A stretch of 41,314 nucleotides of DNA. Source: Macrostomum lignano (taxonomy: Eukaryota). The stretch spans positions 1 to 41,314 of the forward strand of contig NIVC01004585.1 of NCBI GenBank assembly GCA_002269645.1, given 5' to 3'. A model generated the notes under the pieces. The model worked only from the letters and a program-made list of their open reading frames with translations, was not told where the DNA came from and did no database searches. Position 1 is the stretch's first letter. The number at the start of each line of letters is the position of its first letter. Both the position numbers and the translations under genes were made by a program. Below are positions 1 through 24,800 of the stretch, piece after piece.

Positions 1-11963
<11,963 letters not shown>

Positions 11964-12904
11964 GCTCAGAACTGTTTGATGTTGAGCTTCAAATGAAGAT
12001 TGCAATGATAAACGCTGGGCTGTGTCGCTGAAATGCTGTCTCGGCCGCTCCTGTGCGAATGGCGCGGTTCGGTCTTATAAAACTTTTGCGAGGCCCGCGG
12101 ACTGGGGGGGAGGGCGCTGGCTTCAAAACATCTGCTGGCTTTGGGAGTCGACTGGGCTTTCCCACCTCCCTCCCTAATCCCTCCGCTCCATTCTCGCCAA
12201 TAGCCTTGAGATGGCGGGATCGATCGGCCACGCGCTCCGAGTCTATCTCTCAATACCAGCGGCGCTTCCATTGTTGGTGATATGTTTTTGAAAAACTCGA
12301 AGGGAGGGGAGGGGTTCCCCGAACCAGCTGCAAAACTCACTCGCAGCTCTCAACCCCCTCCCAGAGCCGTCAACAATCCTCTTGCTGAAGGTCGCCCTGT
12401 CTGGAGGTCAGTCTGTCTGGAGAGCAGTGGGCCATAAAGCCGAGGGTGACAGCGGGTCCGAAGGTTCTCTGTAAACTCCAACTGTTATAGTGTTCATTGA
12501 GTAGTTTATCGGAGCACTCAAGAGTAGATGCGGCAAACGGCGACTCAGATCAGACGTAGGAGCTCAGTTCCATCGACTTGTGCGATTAAAGGTGCTCGGC
12601 TGTTAAGGTGAGTGCTTCTCAGCGCTGCTTAAATCATGCGTTACTATGGACCTCTAAAGGAATCTTGATGGTCGCGAAAATGCTTTCTGGTTTCTTCTCC
12701 GATGGGTTATGATTTAAACTTCAATACCCATTAGTGCTTGGTGCCAGTTATGATGCCATGGTAAATGACTTTGGATTGTATTCAGGATCTCCAGATGAAT
12801 GCTTAGATAAATCTCTAGACATGTCTTGTCTTTTGGAACGATCTCAAGATCAATTTCTAGAATTCTAATTTTAAGATCGGTCTTAAAATCAGTCTTCGGA
12901 TTGA

Positions 12905-13029
12905 TCTCAAGCTATGCGATCTCTAGATATGCGATCTTTAGACATGTGATCTCTAGATATGCGATCTCTAGACATGTTTATCTCTAGATAGGCGATCTCT
13001 GGATACTTGATTTCTAGATGGACGATCTC
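12905..13029. repeat. Degenerate left part of the 15-bp satellite
   Basis: Diverged gcgatctctagatat-type units up to the mariner TA. Confidence 0.8.
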
Positions 13030-13031
13030 TA

Positions 13032-14343
13032 CGAGGGGTGCTTATTAAGTTCCCGGAAAATTTAGCTTAAAAATGCGCAAATCAAACGAAACCTAACCAG
13101 CAGTTAGAGCTGGATATTCTGTGTTTGCTTGTAAAATTCAAGCTCAATCGGTCGCAATGATACGCTGCAGTGGCCAAAGCTTGACTGAAAACATGCGTCC
13201 TGCCACAGCTGACTGACCGCGACCGGCGAGTGGCGATACATGTCCAGTTTCGGCTGGGCAGCTCTGCGGCTGCTGCCTTCAGACGCTGCGTGAGGCTCTT
13301 TAGGATCAAGCGCCATCCCAGTCGATGGTGTATGAGTGCTTCCGCTGCGGCTCGGCCACTCTGGACGACGATCCTCGCAAGGGGCGGCCGGAGTTGTTGC
13401 TCGACAGCAGACGGACTTTTTGCTGCTGTTCGACGACACGTGGACGAAGATTGGCGAGTAACGATTCGCTAGTTGGAGCAGCTCGTCGGGGTGTAGGATT
13501 CCACCATCATTATGATCCTGCACCAGCACCTCGGCATGAGGAAGCTTTCCGTTCGCTGGGTGCTCCACCAGCTCAGCGCTGACCAGATGCGAGCCCGCGT
13601 TGAGTTCGCCGACCTCATGGTCGCCAGGTTTGACGGAGGCCGCTCAAAGTTGGTGAATAACATCCTCACTGGCGACGAAACCTGGGCCTATTTCTACGAC
13701 CCAGAGACCAAGAGCAGAATCGGCAGTGGCTCACCAACGAGAGGAAGATGCTCCTCTCAAATTTCGTCGCTAAAGCGCAGCGTCGGCAAAGTGATGGCGG
13801 CCATTTTCTTCCGACGCAGGGTTTTCTGCCGCCAGTGCTGCTGCAGCAAGGCGCCACAGTGACGGCAGAATGGTACAGCACCGTCTGCTTGCCTCAGGTT
13901 CTACAGGCGCTCGCACAGCAGCGGCCGAAGACACTCGACAAAGGCATGTTCCTCCATCAGGACAACGCTCCCGTGCACCGAGCAAGAGTGACCCAGGAGT
14001 TTTTTCAGGCGACCCAGCTCGTTCAGCTGCCGCATCCGGCATATTTGCCGGACCTGGCGTCTGCTGACTTCTTCCCCTTTCCCAGGTTGAAGAAAAGTCT
14101 GAAGGGGAAACGCTTAGACTCGAGGGAGGAGCTGGTTGTTGCGCTGCAAGCTGAGCTGGACAGCTTCACTAAAGCCAATCTCAGGGTGCTTCGACTCATG
14201 GTTCCAGCGCCTGAAGAAGTGCTCCGATTTGTGTGGAAGTTATGCTGAGAAGTGATAATAGACTGCGGTTGTTGCAGGTAAAATTTTGCGCAGATGCAGC
14301 CATCAGAACTGAACTTTTCCGGTAACTTAATAAGCATCCCTCG
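13032..14343 (+). mobile_element. Mariner (Tc1/mariner, DD34D) DNA transposon, full-length 1312 bp, defective
   Basis: 29-bp TIRs cgaggggtgcttattaagttcccggaaaa (13032-13060) and reverse complement of 14315-14343 match at 27/29; TA on both sides (13030-31, 14344-45). Confidence 0.95.
13195..14248 (+). pseudogene. Mariner transposase, broken by several frameshifts
   Basis: Fragments in different frames: DDPRKGRP, RWVLHQL (WVPHEL-like), TGDETW, SVGKVM, HQDNAPVH...HPAYLPDLASADF, with exactly 34 residues between catalytic D2 and D3. Confidence 0.92.
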
Positions 14344-16500
14344 TAGATATGCGATCTCTAGATAAGCGATCTCTAGACAAGCGATCTCTAGATAAGCGAT
14401 CTCTAGATAAGCGATCTCTAGACAAGCGATCTCTAGATATGCGGTCTCTAGACAAGCGATCTCTAGATAAGCGATCTCTAGATAAGCGATCTCTAGATAT
14501 GCGGTCTCTAGATAAGCGATCTTTAGATATGCGGTCTCTAGACAAGCGATCTCTAGACAAGCGATCTCTAGACAAGCGATCTCTAGATAAGCGATCTCTA
14601 GATATGCGGTCTCTAGACAAGCGATCTCTAGATATGCGGTCTCTAGACAAGCGATCTCTAGATAAGCGATCTCTAGATAAGCGATCTCTAGATATGCGGT
14701 CTCTAGATAAGCGATCTCTAGACAAGCGATCTCTAGATATGCGGTCTCTAGACAAGCGATCTCTAGATAAGCGATCTCTAGATAAGCGATCTCTAGATAT
14801 GCGGTCTCTAGATAAGCGATCTTTAGATATGCGGTCTCTAGACAAGCGATCTCTAGACAAGCGATCTCTAGACAAGCGATCTCTAGATAAGCGATCTCTA
14901 GATATGCGGTCTCTAGACAAGCGATCTCTAGATATGCGGTCTCTAGACAAGCGATCTCTAGATAAGCGATCTCTAGATAAGCGATCTCTAGATATGCGGT
15001 CTCTAGATAAGCGATCTCTAGACAAGCGATCTCTAGATATGCGGTCTCTAGACAAGCGATCTCTAGATAAGCGATCTCTAGATAAGCGATCTCTAGATAT
15101 GCGGTCTCTAGATAAGCGATCTTTAGATATGCGGTCTCTAGACAAGCGATCTCTAGACAAGCGATCTCTAGACAAGCGATCTCTAGATAAGCGATCTCTA
15201 GATAAGCGATCTCTAGACAAGCGATCTCTAGACAAGCGATCTCTAGACAAGCGATCTCTAGACAAGCGATCTCTAGACAAGCGATCTCTAGATAAGCGAT
15301 CTCTAGACAAGCGATCTCTAGACAAGCGATCTCTAGACAAGCGATCTCTAGACAAGCGATCTCTAGACAAGCGATCTCTAGATAAGCGATCTCTAGACAA
15401 GCGATCTCTAGATAAGCGATCTCTAGATAAGCGATCTCTAGATAAGCGATCTCTAGACAAGCGATCTCTAGACAAGCGATCTCTAGACAAGCGATCTCTA
15501 GACAAGCGATCTCTAGACAAGCGATCTCTAGATAAGCGATCTCTAGACAAGCGATCTCTAGATAAGCGATCTCTAGATAAGCGATCTCTAGACAAGCGAT
15601 CTCTAGACAAGCGATCTCTAGACAAGCGATCTCTAGACAAGCGATCTCTAGACAGCGATCTCTAGACAAGCGATCTCTAGATAAGCGATCTCTAGACAAG
15701 CGATCTCTAGATAAGCGATCTCTAGATAAGCGATCTCTAGACAAGCGATCTCTAGATAAGCGATCTCTAGACAAGCGATCTCTAGACAAGCGATCTCTAG
15801 ACAAGCGATCTCTAGACAAGCGATCTCTAGACAAGCGATCTCTAGATAAGCGATCTCTAGACAAGCGATCTCTAGACAAGCGATCTCTAGACAAGCGATC
15901 TCTAGACAAGCGATCTCTAGACAAGCGATCTCTAGATAAGCGATCTCTAGACAAGCGATCTCTAGATAAGCGATCTCTAGACAAGCGATCTCTAGATAAG
16001 CGATCTCTAGACAAGCGATCTCTAGACAAGCGATCTCTAGACAAGCGATCTCTAGACAAGCGATCTCTAGACAAGCGATCTCTAGATAAGCGATCTCTAG
16101 ACAAGCGATCTCTAGACAAGCGATCTCTAGACAAGCGATCTCTAGACAAGCGATCTCTAGACAAGCGATCTCTAGATAAGCGATCTCTAGACAAGCGATC
16201 TCTAGATAAGCGATCTCTAGATAAGCGATCTCTAGATAAGCGATCTCTAGACAAGCGATCTCTAGACAAGCGATCTCTAGACAAGCGATCTCTAGACAAG
16301 CGATCTCTAGACAAGCGATCTCTAGATAAGCGATCTCTAGACAAGCGATCTCTAGATAAGCGATCTCTAGATATGCTATCTCCAGATATATGATCTTTTG
16401 CTATGCGATATCTAGAAATTTGATCTCTAGATAGGCGATCTGTAGATAAGCGATCTCTAGATAGGCGAACTCTGGATAGGCGAAATCTATATGGATCTGT
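14344..16500. repeat. 15-bp satellite (gcgatctctagaYaa), about 140 units, with higher-order periodicity
   Basis: Near-perfect units, each with a TCTAGA palindrome; one 14-bp unit near 15651; degenerate edge 16365-16500. Confidence 0.97.
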
Positions 16501-16659
16501 AGCTATCTCTAACTAGTGTCAAACCAGGAAACGTTGTCCTGACCTTAAAGGCTCATTCACACGGCTATCAGCTGTGGCCAATTTTTTATAAAATATTTTT
16601 ACCGCTTTGTAGTTATCAGTGGTGTGATTTGATGGCGGTGTTTGCGAGCCTATATCCTG

Positions 16660-17110
16660 ACCTTCCCTAACTCCCCTTCTCTCTTCCCTTCCTCTTCTCT
16701 AAGCTTTTCTCTTTCTCTTTTATATCCTCCTTTCCTTCCCCTTTGCCCCTCTTTAATCATTCACCCGTCTCAACTTTCCTCTCATTTCCTCTCACCCTTT
16801 CTCTCACTCTTTCCCTCACCCTACCTCTCCCGTTTCCTCTCACCTTTCCTCTCATTCTTCCTCTTAACTTTCCTCTCCCCCTTCCTCTCAAATTTTCTCT
16901 CACCTTCCTCTCATTTCCTCTCATCCTTCCTCTTATTTTCTCTCACCCTTCCTCTAATTTCCTCTCACCCTTCCTCTCACATTTTCTCTCACCCTTCCTC
17001 TCATTTCCTCTCACCTTTTCTCTCCCCTTTTCTCTCACCTTTTCTCTCACATTTTCTCTCACCCTTTCTTTCACCTGTCCCTTCCATTTACTTGTAGCTC
17101 TCCCAAGTCT
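16660..17110. repeat. Polypyrimidine low-complexity tract (ttcctctcaccc-like units)
   Basis: About 450 bp nearly free of G on the + strand. Confidence 0.9.
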
Positions 17111-17705
17111 TCTACCCTAGCCGCCCACTCTTCCCCCTTCCCCAACGGCTTTTTTCAACTGCAGCACTGATCTGGTATCGACTGGCTGAAAAGAGCCAGA
17201 GGGGGTCTGCGCGACAGTGGGGCCGGAGAGGGCCACAGACCAGACACAGACTAGAAAATACCGGTTTGGATTTTGCAGTGAAGTGGCTGAGTTGTGGAAA
17301 AGCTCATTTGATCCTTGGCGGCAGTTGAGCAGCTGATCTGCTACCAGATACCCCACTCCACCCTCCGACCCAACCCTGCTAAATAGCTTATTTATGGCCC
17401 TTGTCATTTTCTGTCAGCCATGGCTAGCGCTGACATAGCTTTTGTAAGCAGATATCGACAAGACATTTCTTTACTAAAGAAACGCTGCTATCCTATTGAA
17501 TCGTTTGGTAAATTATTTTTCCATTCAAATTCAAATTGCTTTCTACTTGCAGAGTCTAGTAGAGTCTAGAAAAAAGTAGAGCTAGATAGTAGCAGTGTAG
17601 CAAAATTTGAATTCGTGCACTGAAGTATCAGGAGTTCTTAAAATAGCATCGGTTTTTTTGTGCGCGCGAGAGTCACGAAAACATGTCTATGGCCGAAAGG
17701 CTTCG

Positions 17706-17792
17706 GCTAGCCAAGGAATTCTAAATTCTAGATTATTAATTAATTATTAATTTCTAATTCTAAATTCTAGATTTAGAATTCCTTGGGCTAGC
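17706..17792. repeat. Small inverted repeat (about 27-bp arms, AT-rich spacer)
   Basis: gctagccaaggaattctaaattctaga versus tctagatttagaattccttgggctagc. Confidence 0.75.
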
Positions 17793-18551
17793 GCGGGGCT
17801 ATGGTGCGTCAGGGACTTCTGCGATACAAGTTTATCATATCGTGATGACCGAATGACTGGGTGATGACTGAGTGATGACGGAATGCTCAAGAGACTAGCT
17901 GAGCATGTCTAGCAGTTGAGGCTTGCCCATTATTGAAGCTTGATAGGCGAAACTAGAGAATTTTGCAACAGCGTGTCCATAGTCAACTGGTGCCACCTGT
18001 TGAAGGTCCAGAAGCTCCGTCTGGGCGAAGGCCAGTGACCAGCGAAGTCAGAGCTGATGCAGACACATGTGGTCGACGTGCTGATGAAATTTGGAGGCTT
18101 GGCAAGGCTGCACTGAGGCCCAGTGCTGATTGGTGCACAGGGGTATACTGAATACACTAGCGCTTACGGGAAAAATCCGACCTTCTGGCAGAATCGTCGA
18201 ATATCTCGACGGTCCGGAGGGCTGGCGACTTGATTCTTGTTTGAGAAGGTGCGCAACAAAAAGGCAGCCCGTGTTCTTGAATTTCGTGTGACTGCATTGC
18301 TCCGTTCCGGCGCAGCAAAAAAATTGTCAGGGGGGGGGGGAATTCCCCCCACCCCTCTTGGTAGTTCGACGGGCGGAAAAATGGCTTGGTATTCCTACTG
18401 TTAAAGTGGCAAAAACCATAAAACATCCTGAAAGTTTTACTGACAAAAATAAAGTCTAGAAGCCTGCTTTTGTCAGACAAAAAATCAAAAATAAAAAAAA
18501 CTTTAAGGAGTCAACATTTAATTTATACCATCTCAGAGTTTCTTGCCATTT

Positions 18552-18557
18552 TTTATT
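18552..18557 (-). promoter_or_regulatory. Candidate polyadenylation signal of WSC gene 1
   Basis: AATAAA on the minus strand about 210 nt after the stop codon; an ATTAAA also lies near 18725. Confidence 0.35.
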
Positions 18558-18764
18558 TTATACTCGTAGCTCGTAAGTAATTAAGTTAAGTTTTTATGCC
18601 AGCAGGATCACTTTGTCAGTAGCAGCTATTATAATAGCTGGCTTTAACCAGTCCTTTAGGAGAGGAAAACACCGCAAGCCATTCAGATTCCATGTCCGTT
18701 CCAGTCAGTTCCGTTTAATGCCAATTTTAATTGAGTTTGATTGCGTCACCAGCGAAGCCGAGCT

Positions 18765-18817
18765 CTACTTATAGTAATAAGGATGCTCCTCCGTCGACGT
18801 AGAAGTGCTTGACGAGA
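18765..18817 (-). CDS. WSC gene 1 terminal exon
   Basis: tttttcag|TC TCG TCA AGC ... TAT TAC TAT AAG TAG in the expected phase (SSSTSTSTEEHPYYYK*). Confidence 0.7.
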
Positions 18818-21800
18818 CTGAAAAAGTGAAGAGTTTGCTCAATAGTTAGAATTCTGTCCATATTCCACTTTAAAACCGCAACTGCCTGCAACAGATTACA
18901 CCTTTACTTTAAATTGGAATCTTTGAACTGAGTCCCTTGAACATGTTAAACCTTAAAATAGAAACCACTGAGCTTTATAGAGAATAAAATACTCACTTGG
19001 GTTGCCATTCTCGTCATAATAGGTGATGGTGGTGATGGTGTGCACGATAGTTTTCGGCATATAGTTGTAGACGATGGTTTGCAGCTCTGGAAAAGCGCAT
19101 ATTAGATCAGTTAGTCGAACACAGATTCTTTGCTTCATTTATATTTAGACACACTAAACGCCCGATGACAGAGCGTCACGCGAATGACTCACCGCCAATC
19201 GAAGTGCTGAAGATGGTGTTGGCCCAGTCGCCGCCGCACATAACTTCAGACTGGCCACCGCAGGCCTTGTTGCATTTGTCCGAGCTGAGAGGGCCGTACC
19301 TGCCGAACTGGTTGCCGCACCAGCACTCGATTGAGTTCTGCAGGCCGGCGAACGCGAATCCCTTCTTCTCGCACATCATCACGCAGGACTTCACCGTCAT
19401 GTCGCCGGCGCTGGCAGCCTTGACTGGTAGATCGCGATTCGCGGCGTCCTTGTAGCAGCCGAAGCTCAGCGGCAGCAGATCTGGTTGGTTGAAAGGTGAA
19501 TTTGGTCTTTGTTAGCCAGTATGCTATAGATGAGTACTTAGGGCGCTACTCGTAGTTCGAATTCTAGTGAACCCAGCGAGGAGGCAAGAAGTTCTGATCG
19601 TTCCGCTGATCGCTCAGCACGCCCTTCACAAGGATACGTATGCAGGCATGCACTCAAAAGGATCAGGAGGGTTAAATTTGCTTTGGCTCGTCAGGCAATT
19701 TCACTCACTGTGCCAATTACTACGAGCTAACAAAAACCGCACATGCTCAGGTGAACCTAGAGTATAGTATGCATCATTATTGTATGGATGCATGTGTTAC
19801 CACTCCAGAGATTTGGCGAAAATGAAGTTTACTAACCTGTGTAAGTGATGATGCTCCACATGTACTCAATTGATGTCTCATTTCCTGAGCTTCTGCTCCC
19901 AATCGAAGTGATGTTGCCGCCGATGATCTCATCTTTGTCGCCGCTTATTGTTGTCGAAGTACTAATTCCCTGGCTGATTATGACCGACTCTGGAAAGGTA
20001 ATACATTTTTGAGCAGGCATCAGTGAGGTGTAGACTGCACTAGAGCAGCAGACTTAAGCTTCGGAGGCTAAAACGAAGCCTCACCAGAGTGAAGTCCTGT
20101 GGCATAAATATTTTGCGCGAAAGAACCGCCGCAGGTCTGCGCCTTGTTGCCGCTGCACTTCATGTTGCAGTCGTCGGTGTTGGAGCTCTTGCCGTAGGCG
20201 CCGTATTTGTTACCGCATCGACACTCGTCGCCGTTCTGGACGCCAAAGTAAAGGAAGCCGTAGAGTCGGCAAGTCTTCCAGCACCTGTTCACGTTCACCT
20301 TAGCTCCCTTGAGCGCCCAGAATGGCAGGTCGCGCTTTGTCTGGTCGACGTAGCAGCCGAGGCTTTGGATGTTGACTGAAAGTAACACATTGGTTTTATG
20401 AACTCTTTTGGGAATTCGATAGGGTATCCGACAGAGTCGGAACTAGCAGACTCTTCAGTCAACTCACCAGCAACTGAGGTGTCAAAGATGAGGTTGTAAC
20501 CGGCGCCGCCGCACATCTGCTTGTTGTTTCCTGTGCAAGCCTTTGTGCAAACGGTGGAGTCACCCTTGCCGTAGCGTCCGTAGCTGTCGCCGCAATAGCA
20601 GGCGTTGCCACCCTGAAGACCGGCGTATTTGTAGCCAAGCTCGGAGCACTTGTTGATGCATAAGTCCACCGTCATCAGGCCGGTCTCCACCAAATCGGGC
20701 AGGTCGCGATCGGTAGAGTCTTTGTAGCAGCCAATGGCTGTTCTGGAGGTCGCTGAATACGATTTGGGTTTAAAAAATTATGAGTAACTCTTTTGCAATA
20801 TCACTGAACTATGGGTTTCTATTCATGCCTTATCAGCTTACCCTTAGAGAAATGCAAGACTACGCCATTTCCTCTTACCCTTGAAGTTGGTCCTGTAGAC
20901 GTTGTTACGCCATGCGCCGCCGCAGATCTGTGCCTTGTTGCCGCGGCACTTCATGTTGCACTGCGTCTCATCGGCTCTGCCGTACAGATTGTAACGGTTG
21001 CCGCAGAAGCACTGCGCGGAGTTCTGCACACCGGCATAGTAGTAGCCCAAATCCTGGCAGTGCTTGAAGCAGAGGTTCACGCTGATCGCGCCGCTAATGG
21101 CCAGCCTAGTCAGGTCCCTGGCTGGCTTATCCACGAAGCAGCCCTTAGAGGTGAGCCTCCCTGTAAGTGTGGGTTTCGGAAGAACTTGCAAAATAATAGC
21201 TCTTTAACAGAAAAGCGAAAAGCTGCTCTTACAAGCCACAGAAGTTGTGTAAACTGTGATGCTGGACTTTCCGCCGCAGATCTGCTGCGCATTGCCACGG
21301 CAGCGAAGGTTGCACTCTGTGGACGCTCCGTGCTTGCCGTAGCTGTCGCCGCAAAAGCACTGGACGCCAGCCTGCAGTGCGGCGTACTTGTAGAATCTTT
21401 CGGCGCACATCTTCGCGCACATCTGGATAGTCACTGAGCCCGTGAATACGAGATCCGGCAGGTCCCTGTCATTTTCATTGTTGTTGTAACAGCCGACCTC
21501 CGTCACACCTAAAATTGAAGAAATTGTTGAAATAGTCGGTACAGAGGGCCCACATTTTCTTCGACTTTTCTTAATTCTATTTTAGCCCGAATAAATTAAT
21601 GACTGTAAATAAATAAATACAAGTGAATGAAGATTAAAAATGAACTCACCTGAGTCCGGAGCCGTTTCCTCTTCGATGGATATTTCTGCAATTATAGGCA
21701 GGTGTTGAATTAAGAAAGTCTAACCTTTTTACAGGTGTACGTAATAGCAGTGATAGGAACTACTTCTAAAACAATAACAATCACAACAACAAAACAAAAA

Positions 21801-24800
21801 CAAAAAAAACAAAAACAGCGTCACAGGGCGCGCAGCAAAACTTTGCTCGAATTTCGTTGCGCATGCGCTCGCACTTACCATTGTCCCCTCCACCCTCGAT
21901 AACTTCGGGAGCTTTCGTTGTCGGGGCCTCTGTGGACGGCACCTCTGGCGCCTGTGTGACAGGAGCTTCTGTGGGGGCTTCTGTCACAGGGGCTTGCGTC
22001 GTCGGGGCTTCTGTCACAGGGGCTTGCGTCGTCGGGGCTTCTGTCACAGGGGCTTGCGTCGTACAGGGGCTTGCGTCGTAGTTGGCACCTCCTCCTTGAT
22101 GTATTCAGTCTCATCATCTAAGCAGAAAATTTATTCAGTTCTTCAGTGTTCAGTTCTCCAAAACATACAGAAAAGAGAATTGTGTTCAGACGATAAACCA
22201 CTCACTGCTTCCAATGCCCGTGGCGTAGATGTTATTCAGCCAGGCGTCTCCGCAAGTTTGCTCTTTGTTGCCCTGACAAGGTTTCTGACAGCGCACATCC
22301 TCAACCTGGCCGTACCTGTTGTACTTGTCTCCACAAAAGCAATGGTTGCTGTTCTGCACTCCGAAGTACTTGTAGCCGTAGCGCCAGCAGGCCTGGCGAC
22401 AGTTGTTGAGGGTGATCGCGCCGGTCTTTGCCAGGAACGGCAGATCTCTCACCGATTTGTCGTTAAAGCAGCCAAAGCTCTTGAATACGACTGCAGATTA
22501 GGGATGTTTCATTACCAAACGTTAACTTGTTATACTTTTTATGGTTAACGAAAAATTTCCAAGCTTTGCTGTAGACGAAACATAAAATTATCCGAAGCTC
22601 ACACTCTGGTTTTCCGCTCTCGTAAATATGGTTGTACAGAGCGCCGCCGCATATCTGATCTTTGTGTCCCGTGCACTTGAGATTGCAGTAACTCTCTGCG
22701 ACCTTGCCGTAACGTCCATAGCTGTTGCCGCACCAGCACTGGTTGCTGTACTGCACACCCGCGTACTTGTAGCCCAGCTCGCGACACAGCTTTCTGCATC
22801 GGTTGATGCTCATCTTACCAACCATAGGTCTTTCGGTCAAATCGCGCACGGCCTGATCCTTGTAGCAGCCGAGTGTCGAGGGGACCGAGACTGTGGTATT
22901 TAAAAAGAGGACAGTACTTTATGCTTGATCAAATTTGAAGCTACTTTAAGCAAAAAACTTTAAACTTATATCAAAGTGATGTTTAGAGCAGTTGAAACGG
23001 CGCAAGTAAGGAACTCACTGTCAGCATGCGTCGCGTAGACGCTGTTACGCCATCCACCGCCGCAAATCTGTCGCCTGTTACCCGAGCACCGGGAGTGGCA
23101 ATCCGAGTCCGTAGCCTTGCCGTACCGACCATATTTGTCACCGCAGAAGCAATAGGAGGCGGCCTGAGTTCCTGCATATTTGAAGCCGAGGTCTCGGCAG
23201 GTCTTCACACAGGAGTTGATGCTGACGGTTGAGCCCGAGAAAGACAGAATAGGGAGATCCCGATCGCCCTTGTCAACATAGCATCCAAGTGGCGTCAGTT
23301 TGGCTTCTGCAATAGAGTTTAGAAAACTTCACTTTAATTTACAGGTAAACCTGCTGATATCTATACATATTGACAAAAGGCAATTTTTTTATTACGACAA
23401 GTTACCAAAGACCTAAACATCCCAAACAAAGAGCCAAACAGGCAGGGGCTGTGTGCACCCGGGCGAAACTTAAGCGACATTGACATACAAGCGGTGATAG
23501 GCATTACTGCCCATTCCGCCGAATCCCCTAAGCAGGTAAACAAAAGCGCTTAGCGCAGGCACATACTCACTCAGGAGTGCACAGCGGACCTAACTTTATT
23601 TATCGTTAGGCATGTACACTTCACTATGCTTTGGGATTTGGCCCCTAAGGGCGTTAATTGCAAGAGCAGACCAGGCTGAAAATCCAATTTAGCCTCAAAT
23701 GAATGTGAGTGCACTTGGACTCGAGCCTGGGCCGGTGGCACTTTAAGAGCGCCGCGCTGGATCACTAGGCTACTGATCCCGTTCAACAGCATTATTATCA
23801 AGTGCAAAGTTTTAAGCACTACGCACCCTCCACGGTGATTCCGGACGCATAGAGATTGTTGTACCAGCCGCCGCCGCACATCTGGTTTTTGTTAGCCGAG
23901 CACTTTATACTGCAGCTGCCCTCGGCGCCCTGGCCGTACTTGCCGAAGTGGTTGCCGCAGAAGCAGCTGGTGGACTGCAGACCAAAGTACCGATAGCGGA
24001 GCCCTCGGCAGACCCAGCGGCAGTAGTGAACATCAACAGTGCCGAGGAATCCTCGCTGCGGCAAGTCGCGCTCTCCAGCGTCTTTGAAGCAGCCAAAATA
24101 CCTCATTTCTGCGGAGACGCACAGTGCAAAGCAAGCGTTTAAAAATTATGTTGATTTAAAAAAATGGTGCAATTTAAGCGTAAACGTCATTTAACTCACT
24201 CATTTCGCTGATATCCAACAGTTTTCCTGAAATTATAGGTAAACAGCATTGCTAAATATAACGGAGGTCGACGCATTTTAGATAGATACAACATTGGACA
24301 GCACGAAAAGTAATCACACCTGAGCGGTCCGAGTTGACCGACTGTTCCAGCGATCGCTCTAAAATGAGAGTGCTCATCATGAAATTTGCATTATAAATTG
24401 ACAGAATAGTTAGGAAATTTAACGAATTTCCGTAAATCGCTTACCAAGATGATTGCTTCCTTCCTGGGCCGAATGATCTGAAAAAATGGTTGAAGATACA
24501 AATGGAGCTTTCTGGCTTAATGCTAGCTCTTGACGAGCTAATTATAATCTTATACAGACCATGGATGATTGTTTGCTATAAGACATATTTAAATATAATA
24601 GTGCGCATCCAAGTAGTTTCAGATGAGTCTGCATACCCGAGGCGGTGCCCATGTCTGAAATTAAAAATCGAATAGAATTCATTCTTAGGATTGCAAAAGT
24701 ACTTTAAGGATTCCGAATTCTATCAGGCGCACATCAATTACTTACGAGCTTTAACATTCGTGCGGTAGATGCTGTTGAAGTAATAGCCTCCACACTTTTG

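Noticed and set aside
11964-12085. TATAAGA at 12079-12073 as the gene 2 promoter, and AG dinucleotides just upstream of the three ATGs as trans-splice acceptors
   Set aside because: Short motifs are expected by chance; no clear initiator at the right spacing and no transcript data.
14023-16344. 773-, 437- and 438-aa ORFs (SRDRL, LEIAC, RSLDK repeats) as genes
   Set aside because: They are open frames of a 15-bp unit on both strands, shift frame at a 14-bp unit, and one runs antisense into the mariner; there is no gene structure.
16642-17120. Phe/Leu/Ser/Pro-rich ORFs, also at 28372-28866 and 36912-37358
   Set aside because: Low-complexity CT/GA tracts lack stop codons by composition.
17930-18480. 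Short ORFs between the WSC paralogs
   Set aside because: No recognisable domain, in-frame stops and no consistent splice structure; possibly TE debris.
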